From: Ascoidea asiatica JCM 7603
Taxonomy: Eukaryota; Fungi; Ascomycota
Length of the DNA: 64,000 nucleotides
Reading direction: 5' to 3'
Assembly: GCA_001600695.1 (NCBI GenBank)
Contig: BCKQ01000014.1
Span: 108,611-172,610 of the forward strand
Every line of letters starts with the position of its first letter. The stretch's first letter is position 1. Of this stretch, positions 47,301-58,405 are shown piece after piece. The position numbers were made by a program, and so were the translations under genes. The notes under the pieces are model-generated. The model was not told the origin of the DNA, did no database searches, and saw nothing but the letters and a program-made list of their open reading frames with translations.

Positions 47301-50300
47301 ACAAATACCCACAGTCTTGCCAATAATTGTGGTCAATATATCAATAATAGTTTGTTTTATAACTACCAGGAAAGCGTTTCTAAATTCAGGAAGTAAAACA
47401 AAAGCAGATTGACCACGTAAGGAATTCAAAAGAGAATCTAAACTTGGTGTGATATACTGAAACATAATTGCAACGCTATCGCTTTCTACCGGTTGTTGAG
47501 GAATATTTGGAAGAGCTGGTCTTTGAACATTCGAAGCTTCCTGTAGAACTTGTTGCCCTGGCAATGTTTGTTGCTGAGCAAGAAATTGCTGTGATGGTGG
47601 CTGAATTACAGGCTGACCTGATGCTATTTGTTGATTAAACATTATTTGAGCTTGTTGAACTGCGAGTGGTTCTTGGGGAATATTTAAAGACTTTTCATCA
47701 ACCGATTCTAAACTTCTATCTATTACTAATCTTGCCATATCTCTAGCTACATTCTGAAGGTTCATTTTGTGCCTTAATTTATCTTGGATATCATTAGTTA
47801 AAATACTAGAAGGAACGATATCTTTGAGTTTGATTTTAAAGTCATTACAAAGAACTTCAATTTCAAACTTTAAGTTCAATTTAAGATCAGCACACTCATA
47901 TAACTCTGCTAAAAGTTTTAAAATTCCTAATGTCCAAGGATTTGGAGGGTTAAAAATAGAAGGCTCTTGAGCTTGGTTTAAAACTTTGCAAATAAAAGGG
48001 ATAACAAAAACCAATTTCTTTTGAAAATAGGCTTCAATAAGTAAATCTTTGAATTCAATATTTTTATATAAAATAGGTAGATCTCTTGCAAGAGTTAAAC
48101 GTCCAAGCCAAGATCCAAGATTTTTTAAATGAGCTTTTTCTGATGGGGTTTCATTATAATCATTCAAGAGAGAAATGATTTGTAAATAAGTAACAATCAA
48201 AATATGTTGTTCAAATAATTCAGATTTTAGACCTTCAACTAAAGCACAATATAACGATTGATAATTAGGTTCGACTTTTGCTCTTGATTTAACCATATAA
48301 TCTGAAAACCATTTATAATACTTTTCTGTAAGTAACTTTTTAATATCTGGAATTTTTGAAGAAAGATTAGATAAAGTGATATTATTTACAATGAACAATA
48401 ATTTATCTGAGACTTCCTCATCTGGGACTTCTTGAACAGTATCACTGTCAATTTCTGTATCAATATTAACCGACTTGAAAGCTCTAACTTCTACAACTTC
48501 TTCAGTAGATGTTTTAGCATTAGTTGAAACAACAGCTGAAGATGATGAATCATTACCACCATGAATAGCCTCATAAAGAATTTTATAAATCATAGGTGTT
48601 CCTGAAATACTTGAAGATTGTAATAAAAGTGTACAATATTTAGGCCATTCAGAAAGTCTATTTTTACAAGCAACTAAAGCTTGCATAGTAAACTTAAACA
48701 TATTTGAATCTGGTTGTTCTCTTGAAGCCTCTAATAAATTATTTAAACAAATAGATAGAGTAAAACCTTTAATAATTTCAAATTGAATTAAAGATCCAAA
48801 TAAAAGAGAAGTTAATTGTAAAGGTTCTACAGGATATTGATAAAAAAATTTATATTCATCTAATAATGAATGAATAATACAAGCAAATAAATCTTGTTCT
48901 TCAGGTAAATCTGATTCTTTATATTTTTCAAGAATTAATACTAAATCTTTAACAGTATCACTTTTTCCATATAATTGACTAAAATAATTTTTCATTTTTT
49001 GTTCAGTTTCATCAGTAAATGATGGAGTTGGAGAATCAATTGCTGATTTTAATATAGCTTCATCATGACCATAACCATAATTAATAAGTCTTGGATAAGT
49101 TTCAATACATTGTTTTTGAATAATTTTAAGTTTTGTAGCTAATTCCGTAGAACCAACAGCATTTGAAAGTTGATCTAATAAACTTAAATGTAAATCAACA
49201 ATTTGTAAAGGTAAAGTTGTACGATATGGAATATTATCTATAGCATAATGATTTTGAATTAATTCATATTCTGTTTTAGCTTCTTTATCTAAAAAATTAT
49301 AAATTTTAGAAAAAATAATTAATTTAAAATTAGTTGGATTTAAATTATTAAAGGCAGAAGGAATTGGAATTGAAGATAATTGATTCATAATATTATTATT
49401 AAAAAAATCTTTAATAACATCAATTTTTCCACCTTGTCTAACATATTCAGCAGAAAAAATTAAAAAATTTTCAAAAGAGCCTTGCCACAGAGATTTAAAA
49501 ATAACTTCATCAAGTTTTAAATCTCTAACTAATCTTGTAATTGAAATAAAAATTGCATTATTTGATCTTGTTTCAATTAATCTTATAAGTAAATTTATAA
49601 TATGATCAACAGAAGATTTTCCTAAAGAAGAATATTTTTTTAAAATTAAAGTTAAAAATGCAGAAGAATTAACTTCAAGTAATTTATCAATAATACTATC
49701 AAGAAAATCAATAATAAAATCATTTCTTTCTTCAGGTTTTAAATCTAAAGCAGCTATAGCTAAATATTCAGGAGCTTCAAGAAAATCATTTCTTAAAATA
49801 GAAGTAATTTGTGATGAATTTGTATTTGCAGGATTTTTATAAACATTTAAAAAAAATTTAGTTAAATTTAAATAATATAATTTTGAACTTTTTTCATTAT
49901 TAAAAGTAATAATATTAGGAGGTAATAAATTAATTACATCATTTTTAATATTATCATTCATTGATTGAAAAATATTTTTTAAATTTGAACATTTAAGAAA
50001 ATTAAAAACACCATCATTTGGATATAAATAATGAAAATGATTAAATAATAATAATTTTAAAGATGGATTAATATTATTTAAATTTGATAATTTTTCAAGA
50101 AATAAATCAATAATTTCATCAGAAATTAAAGATGATAAAAATTGAGAAACAGAAGTATAAGTTGCTTGTAAAATTGTATAATTAATATCTTTTAAATAAT
50201 TTAATAAAATTAAATTTAAAATTATATTCCAATCTGGTTTTAAAATTTCATTTGAATTTAATTTCAATAATAAAATTTTTAATTGATTACCAGAATTTAA

Positions 50301-51584
50301 AGAATCAGATAATTTTTGTGGAGTTAAACTTGTTAAACCATCATTACTTAAAGGAGCTAATCTTTGAGATTTTGGTACTAAAACTTCAGATAAAATTATT
50401 GCAATACTTTCATTAAAAGAAATTGGATCATTTAATTGTTGTTGAACAATTAATAAATTACCTAAAATTTTATTTGGTAATAATAAATCATGTGGAATTT
50501 GTAAAATTTTTTCTTTAAAAGAATTTATTGTTGAAAATTTTTTTTTTAAATAATCATTTATAATTAATTTTAAATTTTTTATATAAATAATTAAATTTAA
50601 AGATTGAAAACGAGATTCAATATAAAAAGAAATATATAATTTTTCATTTAAAGGTAAAGAATTTGATTGAATTAAAATTTGAAAAAAATTTATTAAAGTT
50701 TGAGGATTATTTAAATTATGATTAATAAAATTTGGATTTTTTAAAATTTCAAATAATGAATGTAAATTATTAATTAAAATATGAGCAGATTGTTGAATTA
50801 AATTTCTATCATTTGTTGATTGAATTGAATTTTTATCAAAATTAATTGATAAACTTAAAACAGTTTTTTGATAAGGATCTTGATAAAAATGATTTAAGAA
50901 TAAATCCCATGAATGAAATTTTAAAAAATCAGGTTCAATTAATATTGTATTTGTAAATTTTGATAAAGTTGATAAATTTGAAGTAATTAAATTTAATTCT
51001 TGATAAATTAATTTTTCAGTTGAAGTTTTGAAGCTAATATTTTGATTAATTTGATTATTATTATTATTATTGTTAATATTATTTGGATGATTTGAATTTA
51101 CAATATATGAAGTTGAATTATTAATTAATCTACGTAAGAATTTAGCATAAATTTCCGGAGGATTATTATCACATAAATGATGAATTTGTCTTGTAGTTGA
51201 ATCCCAACGTTCATCATTAATTGAAGAAGCTAATAAAGATAATTGAGCGGTTATAGTAGTATCTAGACCTAAACTGAAGTTTGAATTATTTGAGTTAGAT
51301 AAAGATTGATTATTTGATTGTAAATTAATTGGATTAGATTTAATTGAAGAACTATTTGGATTATTTGGGTTAATGATATTATTATTATTATTATTATTAT
51401 TATTGTTGTTGTTATTATTTAGTTGACTGTTATTATTATTGTTAATGTTATTGTTATTATTATTATTATTATTAGAGATTGAAGATTGATTTAAACCATT
51501 GATTATATTATTATTATTAGATAAAATCGGATTTTGTACCGATTTATTACCTCCTAAAGAAGGAATTAAATTTGATTGAGACAG
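44370..51584 (-). CDS. CDC39: CCR4-NOT scaffold Not1, ~2404 aa, proposed CTG start at 51584
   Basis: YPRLINYGYGHDEAI, LKNLGSWLG, FNERPYFRLF, LQLRNIVLSA, NNLRYPNAQT and PQPWGL motifs. I checked by hand that the frame is stop-free from 51608 to the supplied ORF start at 50267. Confidence 0.9.
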   Translation of the reverse strand: MSQSNLIPSLGGNKSVQNPILSNNNNIINGLNQSSISNNNNNNNNNINNNNNSQLNNNNNNNNNNNNNNIINPNNPNSSSIKSNPINLQSNNQSLSNSNNSNFSLGLDTTITAQLSLLASSINDERWDSTTRQIHHLCDNNPPEIYAKFLRRLINNSTSYIVNSNHPNNINNNNNNNQINQNISFKTSTEKLIYQELNLITSNLSTLSKFTNTILIEPDFLKFHSWDLFLNHFYQDPYQKTVLSLSINFDKNSIQSTNDRNLIQQSAHILINNLHSLFEILKNPNFINHNLNNPQTLINFFQILIQSNSLPLNEKLYISFYIESRFQSLNLIIYIKNLKLIINDYLKKKFSTINSFKEKILQIPHDLLLPNKILGNLLIVQQQLNDPISFNESIAIILSEVLVPKSQRLAPLSNDGLTSLTPQKLSDSLNSGNQLKILLLKLNSNEILKPDWNIILNLILLNYLKDINYTILQATYTSVSQFLSSLISDEIIDLFLEKLSNLNNINPSLKLLLFNHFHYLYPNDGVFNFLKCSNLKNIFQSMNDNIKNDVINLLPPNIITFNNEKSSKLYYLNLTKFFLNVYKNPANTNSSQITSILRNDFLEAPEYLAIAALDLKPEERNDFIIDFLDSIIDKLLEVNSSAFLTLILKKYSSLGKSSVDHIINLLIRLIETRSNNAIFISITRLVRDLKLDEVIFKSLWQGSFENFLIFSAEYVRQGGKIDVIKDFFNNNIMNQLSSIPIPSAFNNLNPTNFKLIIFSKIYNFLDKEAKTEYELIQNHYAIDNIPYRTTLPLQIVDLHLSLLDQLSNAVGSTELATKLKIIQKQCIETYPRLINYGYGHDEAILKSAIDSPTPSFTDETEQKMKNYFSQLYGKSDTVKDLVLILEKYKESDLPEEQDLFACIIHSLLDEYKFFYQYPVEPLQLTSLLFGSLIQFEIIKGFTLSICLNNLLEASREQPDSNMFKFTMQALVACKNRLSEWPKYCTLLLQSSSISGTPMIYKILYEAIHGGNDSSSSAVVSTNAKTSTEEVVEVRAFKSVNIDTEIDSDTVQEVPDEEVSDKLLFIVNNITLSNLSSKIPDIKKLLTEKYYKWFSDYMVKSRAKVEPNYQSLYCALVEGLKSELFEQHILIVTYLQIISLLNDYNETPSEKAHLKNLGSWLGRLTLARDLPILYKNIEFKDLLIEAYFQKKLVFVIPFICKVLNQAQEPSIFNPPNPWTLGILKLLAELYECADLKLNLKFEIEVLCNDFKIKLKDIVPSSILTNDIQDKLRHKMNLQNVARDMARLVIDRSLESVDEKSLNIPQEPLAVQQAQIMFNQQIASGQPVIQPPSQQFLAQQQTLPGQQVLQEASNVQRPALPNIPQQPVESDSVAIMFQYITPSLDSLLNSLRGQSAFVLLPEFRNAFLVVIKQTIIDILTTIIGKTVGICVTTALTLVEKDFALEPDDNKLIVAARNHVRSVTYEFTHTTCRDAIIEKMNALAMNLLGNSYSEHESQLNIAVGDNIDGILEIVQNAAVFKASHEVEHRLVSQVLLRRQYKAEMQNQPFFSQNASQYALDLPSPLGLKIGGLTEQQLSVYQNFGKGRLVHSAQRQQTQMSMTPQMLKSNVPIQNSPQVIKKIVNGVPIFDAYVPNNNPQNVTSTPVPQAQELAPQTEANSAANVVSSLCKTIDVLVNSLKDMKSQTKFLELPSDHIMKLKANEILAMCATIRINSEQIHTKIAEYIIKCIFSKFESVFCCEVLFFILSQLCELSPTTAKDINWWLLHNDDIRKLNPKVMTSLLKIGIISPAELDSSLTTLVESNDAEGITFASSLVENIVLSTNPVSLRSDFASSIDAIRKVLENSDVKNQAAVLLMNDLKSATGPVLSSDSKITLKEQMRYVFAEWVRLSQHPNVKDDLLHAFIYQLFEKNVFSKADYLTSFFRSAIEYSVSSFLRDTEINNKDRVTNDVFTVTDSLAKLIIKTVILQDSKNDRRMQFFKQVVTIISLEFAYDHENNPTTFNERPYFRLFSAILSEWSDIRVTFEDIVEEKERKDFIALDFSIYLYLADVFNSFQPLMFPAFMFAWISLISHRLFLPVMLEFPDKKSWKKLITLFMSLLRFQSTHIKGKDIPEDIVTSYRGLVQIFIVLLHDYPEFLVEYHYPLCYSIPPSFLQLRNIVLSAMPSSETKSVPDPFGVTLKGIEKIDGIKEIPLIAINPGNDLLKISLKKPIDNYLRVPFSPLLKNILSSIKISTTKKDSGIGFTQTNVDVKLINAIVLYVGINEIEDRLNIEPFYNSKSSHVTLLSNMISESNSSEVQYHLISAIVNNLRYPNAQTLWFTHLILHFFKSNSWGSKKQDIQQLILRVLLERMVTYKPQPWGLVVVFSELLKNNDYGFNELTFTKSIPEVERTFTTFMNHIKAAQLAA

Positions 51585-52230
51585 TTTTAAAAGATATTTT
51601 TTAATAAATTATAATAAATTGAATCAATAATAATTTCCAAAAAAAAAAAAAAAATTTTTTTTAAAATTATTATTAATTTTTGTTTATTTGAATAATTATT
51701 CAAATTGTTTTTTTATATTGAAATATATAATAGAATTGAAATGTGATATATTTTTGTTGATGAACTTTATGTTATATGAGAATATATCAAAAGATAAGAT
51801 TAATATGATATATTGATGTATTAATGTATTTTAAATAAATTAATATAACTTGTTAATAGTTCTTTTTGAATACATAAATGATATTAGAGGTAATGAAAAA
51901 GGGTAATAAGAAATAAAGTGAGTAAAAATAAAGATGGATTATAAGTAATTGTGAATAAGGTAATTGTGAATAAAGTAATTGAGAATCTTGATGTATTATA
52001 CTAATGATATATGATTATTATATTATTTATTATATTATATTATATTGTAATTGATTTATTGTTGAATATATTTAATATATTTGATTTATTTAATATATTT
52101 GATGTATTTTACAATCGAAATGGAGTAATAACAATAGAAGAGTGCAAGTATTATTCCTGACAACACTCAGCGTTAATGCTAATGTTAGTATTAGTATTAG
52201 TATTGGTATTGGTATTGGTAGCAGCACAGA

Positions 52231-52290
52231 GGTCACATGCTGAGAAACTAGTAGGTCACGTGTGTGAATTATGTAATTTATTACATAATT
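52231..52290. promoter_or_regulatory. NOT1 upstream element: GTCACGTG (Cbf1-type) plus inverted pair AATTATGTAA/TTACATAATT
   Basis: GTCACATG near 52232, CACGTG at 52257-52262, and a 10-bp inverted repeat at 52267-52290. Confidence 0.4.
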
Positions 52291-52621
52291 GCTTCATTGA
52301 ACCCTTTGCAGTGGTTCATAAGGAATTTTGAATATCCATGTTACGGATAGCACAATCCGTTTTCAATCCGCTGCTTCTGTTTCTGCTTCTTCAGATTTTG
52401 CTTCTTTTGCTTCTTGTGAATCTTTCTCTATTGAAATTATGGCTAGAGTTCTATATTATAAACTAAATACTAGCATTAAAGGGTGTTTAAAGTCACTATT
52501 AACAGTCTTTATTTCAGATTATTTCAGTATGTAAGGTCAATTTAATACTATATTATTCTATAGATATAATTTCAGTTATTAATGTTTCTTTATTTAATGA
52601 TTAATGATTAATGATTGATGA

Positions 52622-54486
52622 TTAATCTTCTAAAACATCATTTCCATTTTTATTTGCATTTTCAATTTGAATTTGATTATCGTTATCATTCTCACTTTCA
52701 TTATCATTATCATTATCATTTTCATTTTCATTTTCATTTTCATTAATATTAACATTTTCAACAGCCTTTTGTAAATCTAATTCTAATTCTAATTCTGCAT
52801 CAATATTAATTTCATTTAATTCTGCATCAATTAATTCTTCATCATATTTACTTAATTCTTCTTCAATTTCTTTATCTTTTTTATCTTTTTCAATAATTTT
52901 ATTATATATATTCTCACTTAATTCATTAATTTCTTTTGGTTCTTCCCAATTCATAACTTTATAAAATTTATCAATACATAATAAATCTTCATTTTTATTA
53001 CCAATATTTTTATTACCAATATTATTATTATTTTTTAAAATTATTTCTTCAATATTAATATCTTCAGTTAATTGATCATTTTCATCTAAATCATTATTAA
53101 AATCTTCAAATAATTTCCAATTTGAATTTAATCTTGAATCACAAAAACATTTAAATTTTAAATAATTTTCATTTTTTAATGGACATGTATATATATTTTT
53201 TAATTTTTTTGTTGTCCAATTTAATTTTTTATTATTACCTTTTGAATTATAATAACCAATAAATTCATTTAAAAAAATTATTTCAGTTTTAAAATCTTTT
53301 AATAATAAACTTAAACCAATAGTTCTAATTAAAGAATCTGACCAATTTTCATAATAAATTCCACCTTTTAAATCAAAAAATTTAAAAAAATTTTCATAAG
53401 ATGAATTTCTTAAAAAATCTAAATTTAAAATTTCAAAATTTGTATAAAATGAACAATAATTATAATCTTTACCATTATTATCACTTAAAAAAAATTTAAT
53501 TAATTTATTATTTTTAATATTATTATTTAAATTATTTTCATTAATAAATTCATTTGTATAATTCCAAAATTTATTAATTGTATAATTTTCAATATTATTA
53601 ATTAAATTTGTACCAAATTTATAATTTTTTTTTTCAAAATTTTTAAAAATATCAAAATTTAAATCACATTGAAATTGAATATTTGGTTCAATTCTCCAAT
53701 AATATTTATAATTTTTTAAAATATTTAAATTATAAAATAAACCTGAATAAAATCTAGACATATGTCTAAAAGAATCAGTATTTGTATATTTTGCATTTAT
53801 AGGTAATTTTGAATAATTTTTTCTAATTTCAATTTTTCTATTTCTTGCTTTAATTTTTTCAATAAAATTTGGATATGACCAATAATCTTTTTTATCTAAT
53901 TGATAAAAAATTGTTTTACCAGATGTAAAACTTCCAATATTTTTTTTAAAAGTTGTAGTAAAAGCTTTATCAGTTACAAAAATCCAATCATAATTAAAAT
54001 TATGATTAAATCTATCTTCAACAGATCTTATAGTTGATAATATTGAAAATAAATCATTATTTCTAACTAAAGAAAATAAAGTTGCATTTGCTCTTTTATA
54101 ATTATTATAATTATTTAAATTAGGATTAATTGAATAAATTGGATCATAAATAACTAAATCATTATTACCAAAAGGTTTTAAAATTTTTTTAACTAAACCA
54201 AAATGAGTTGTAATAGTTTGATTATCACGATTAAAATTATATTCATTACTAAAAAATTGATAATTATTTTGATTAAAACTTTTTTTAAAATTATTTGAAT
54301 TTTCATTAAAATCAGATAATGAATTTGATATTGAATTTGATATTGAATTAGATTTCTCAAAAGTATTATCTTGATTGATATATTCCTTTTCTTCTTCTTC
54401 TACTTCATCTTCAATTTCATTATCTTTGTCAGGTTTTGTATCACTTTCTTTATTACTTTCCTTATCACTTTTTATAATATTATTAA

Positions 54487-54544
<58 letters not shown>

Positions 54545-54712
54545 GGGTATATTTATCTGAATTTTATCAGAAATTTTATTTTTTAAATTTATTGAATCAT
54601 TAGATGAAAAAGTATTTGAAAAAAAAGAAATATTTAAAAAACATATTATTATTATTATTGTTATCAGTATTATTTGTAAAGATTTAAAACTTCTTCTTTT
54701 TATTAATGCCAT
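52622..54712 (-). CDS. Golgi type II GT15 (KRE2/KTR family) mannosyltransferase-like protein, divergent
   Basis: N-terminal TM, NATLFSLVRN, SVEDRFNHNFNYDWIF, SFRHMSRFYSG, YKYYWRIEP and NFEI. Confidence 0.88.
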
Positions 54713-55254
54713 TATATTTATAAATTGTATTTATAGTTTATAACCAATTTTAAAGTTTTTTTGGGATTATATAAATTGAATTATAAATGATCTAAGATAA
54801 TTCCAGATTATCTTAGATTTATAAGAAATGAATATAATTACAATTGAAATGAATTTGATGATATAAATATGAATGAATATATTTAATCTTCAATAGTTTT
54901 TATTTCATTAAACCAATATATTTCAATATTTTCAATATTTTCCATATTTTCCACTAGTATATTCTACCTACACTCTGTTTCGCCACCACCATAACAACAC
55001 TGTTACTCTGTTTCTCAATTTCCAAACATAACACCAGACGCTGCCGGTGCCTAAGCCACCACACCTGCCACACTCTGCCTCGTCCGGGCTCGTTACTTTT
55101 CTCTCTCTTCTCTCTCTTCTTCCTCTTCTTCCTCTTCTTCCTCTTCTTCTTTCGCTCTTCTCAATTCAAATTCATTTCATTCCTCAAAAACAGCTGTTTG
55201 ATCTTCTTCTTCTTCTTCTTCTTCTTTAGACCTCCCCCAGCAGATTATCCCAAA

Positions 55255-55962
55255 ATGTTCTCGTTAACTCCTTGCTTCACTCCTTCGAAATCAATTGCTA
55301 TTCATCTTTCTTCCCTTCGCTGCTTCTACTCTTCAAAAAGACTTCTATCTTCAACAACCTCCACTACCTTAAATACCTCCACTACTTCAAATGATTCAAA
55401 ATTAATAATAAATTCAAAAGTAAAATTTGAAAAACAAATAATTTCAATATCTGATTTTAAACAATATATAAATAAAATTAAATTAAATTCATGGGATCCA
55501 AAAGATTTAATATCTTATTCAAATTTAAATTTAAATTTAAAATTTTTAAATATTAAAAATTTAAAAAATTTATTAAAATTATCAAATTTAAATTTTCCAA
55601 AAAATGAAAAAATTCAATTAAATTTATTAAATAATTTAAATAATCAAATTCAATTCATTAATAATTTACATTCAATTAATATAACTACTTATAATTCTTT
55701 AAATTCTTCAAATCAATTAATTAATAATATTCAAATTCCAATAACTTTTAATTCTTTAATTAATGATATTGAAAAAATTAATAATAATAATAATAATAAC
55801 CTTAGTAATAATAAATTAGAATCTGAAAAAAAGGGTGAATTATCAAATTCTTGGAATCCATTATCTTTAACTAATAATAAATCAAAATCAATTTCAAAAT
55901 CTGATAATTTTTATACAATTCATCAATCAATTTCTTCAATTGAATCAATTGAATCAAATTAA
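55255..55962 (+). CDS. GTF1: Mitochondrial Glu-tRNA(Gln) amidotransferase subunit F
   Basis: ATG at 55255 (CAAAATG) followed by a Ser/Arg presequence, LLKLSNL, QIQFINNLH and KKGELSNSWNPL motifs. Confidence 0.72.
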   Translation: MFSLTPCFTPSKSIAIHLSSLRCFYSSKRLLSSTTSTTLNTSTTSNDSKLIINSKVKFEKQIISISDFKQYINKIKLNSWDPKDLISYSNLNLNLKFLNIKNLKNLLKLSNLNFPKNEKIQLNLLNNLNNQIQFINNLHSINITTYNSLNSSNQLINNIQIPITFNSLINDIEKINNNNNNNLSNNKLESEKKGELSNSWNPLSLTNNKSKSISKSDNFYTIHQSISSIESIESN

Positions 55963-56263
55963 TTAAATTAATCTTAAAATATACTTTATTTCCCATATAC
56001 GACATTCATTGTCCTAGAATTTGTACAAACTTACCCTATATATATATACATACCTACATATAATTAAATATATAATTAAATATATAATTAAATATTAAAT
56101 TGAAACTAATAAAGAAAAATAAAAACAATGATTAAAACTATTGAGAAAAATTTATATATATATTGTATATTATACACTGGAGAAAAAAAAAAAAAAAAAA
56201 AAGAAAAAAAAATTATCATTAGATCTTTATTTAAAAAGAAGAATTATTACATTTTATTAATAA

Positions 56264-57084
56264 TTAATTAATTAAAATATCATGAATAAGTCCAATTAAT
56301 TCTTCTTTACTACCTTCTTCTTCATTTTCTTCTTTTATTTCTTGTTCATTTTTAATTCCATTATTGTTATTATTATTACTTATATTACTAGATTGATTTC
56401 TAATCATATTAATTGAATTTAATCCTAATTTATTAATATTTTCAATTTTTATTTCTTTTTCTTTTTCTTTTTCTTTTTCTTTTAATTCAATAATTTTATC
56501 ATAATTTTCATTAAATTCTTCAGGTTTAAAATATTTTAAAATTTCATAACTATTTTTATTTATTCTTCTTTTTTTCTTAAAAATTTCTTTTTTACTTAAT
56601 AATGTTGAAATACCTGATTTATCAATTGTATCAAGTTTATAATAATCATCATCTTTTAATAAATTTATATATAAATTATAAATTACACCTCTTTCTTCAA
56701 CTATATATGGTGATAATTTTAATGTATCTGAAATATCTTCAATACTTAAAATTATTTTCCTTTTACGTTTTTTATTATTATTTATAAAAATATTTTTATT
56801 ATTATTTGATAATAATTCAAATACATTTTCTTCATATTTTGATTTTCTATATCTTATAGTATCAATACTTTGTTCAATAATTTTTTTTAAATGACAATCA
56901 ATTGCCATTGACATAATTTTTAAAACATCATTATTTAAATTTCCTAATAATGAATATTCTCTCATGATTCCAATCATTTTTGATTTTAATATATTTAAAT
57001 CTGGTAATTCATAACTTTCACTTGATAATAATGTTTGAAATCCATTTTGAATATCTTGAGTAATATTTATATTATTATTATTGT

Positions 57085-57116
<32 letters not shown>

Positions 57117-57183
57117 GAATCTGGTTTTTGAATTGAAATTGAATTTGGTGATTGTTTTTGAACAAGATTTAAATTTTTTGAAA

Positions 57184-57220
<37 letters not shown>

Positions 57221-57836
57221 TATAGTTCCAAGTTGAGGAGTATTAACTTTTGAACCTTTTCCCGTTTTTATATTATTATTATTATTATTATTAGTAGTAA
57301 TAATATTATCATTATCAGTAGATTTTGAAACTTTTTGTTGTTGTTGTTGTTGTTGTTGTTGAAGAAGAAGAAATTTTTGATTTTGTTGATTTTGAAGTTC
57401 ATTAATTAATTTATAATCAGGAATTAAAGATTTTCTTGTAAGATAATAAGAAGATTTAAGTGATAATAAATTTTGTTTACCATTTTCTTTTTTAATATTT
57501 TTAATTCTTCTTCTTTCTTTAACAGATAAACTTAAAATATTTTTTTTTAAAATTTCAGATTGATTATCATTTTTATTAAGTTTTTTATTTTTATTATTTA
57601 AATTATTATTATTATTATTATTATTATTATTGTTATTAATATTATTTGGATCATTATTATTATTATTATTATTATTATTTGAATTAATATTATTTGGATC
57701 ATTATTATTTAAAGAATTAATACTACTATTATTATTATTATTATTATTATTAAAATTTATTATTAAATTATTTTGAGGACTAAATCTTATTGAATTAGTT
57801 AATATAGATAATAAAAATTGATTATGAAATTTTAAA

Positions 57837-57891
<55 letters not shown>

Positions 57892-58405
57892 ATTTTAAAA
57901 TTTTTAAAATTTCATTATCATATTCAAATTTTGATAATTTTGCTAATAAATATTTACTTATTAAATTTTGATATTTAATCCAATTTTTTTGACCTAAAGA
58001 ATTTTGAAATTGATTTAATAATGGAATTATATCTATTCTTTTTGAATTAATTATTGGATCATTTATATTTATAATTTGTTTTTGTTTTTTAATTTGATTT
58101 TGAATTTGATTTTGTTTATATTGTTTATGTTGTTTATGTTTTAATTTTGATTTTTCAATAATATTTAAATTATTTGTAGATAAATTTAATTTTATTTTTG
58201 AAGATTTTGTTGATTTTGATTTATTATTATTATTATTATTTATATTATTATTATTTAAATCGAAATTTGAAGAATTATAATTAGAAGAATTTGTAACCAT
58301 TGAATTAGTATTTGAATTTGTAGGATTAGTTTTATTAGAAGTTGAATTATTTATTGAAGTATTTCTATTAGCAAGTTTATAATTTAGCTGATGTATTGAA
58401 GCCAT
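56264..58405 (-). CDS. HFI1: SAGA subunit Ada1
   Basis: RIDI..L..QFQNSLG..NW.KYQ, HNQFLLSILTNS, ILSLSVKERRRIK and ESYELPD...LKSKMIGIMREYSL. Confidence 0.87.

Noticed and set aside
15890-47970. Short antisense or alternate-frame ORFs inside SAK1, RAV1, the mannanase, VAS1, MSL5 and NOT1
   Set aside because: They are shadow ORFs of real CDSs and their trinucleotide repeats.
52184-52190. TACTAAC on the minus strand upstream of NOT1 as a possible branch point for a 5' intron
   Set aside because: It is about 600 nt from the reading frame, sits in a (TAATAC)n microsatellite, and has intervening AGs that do not join the frame.
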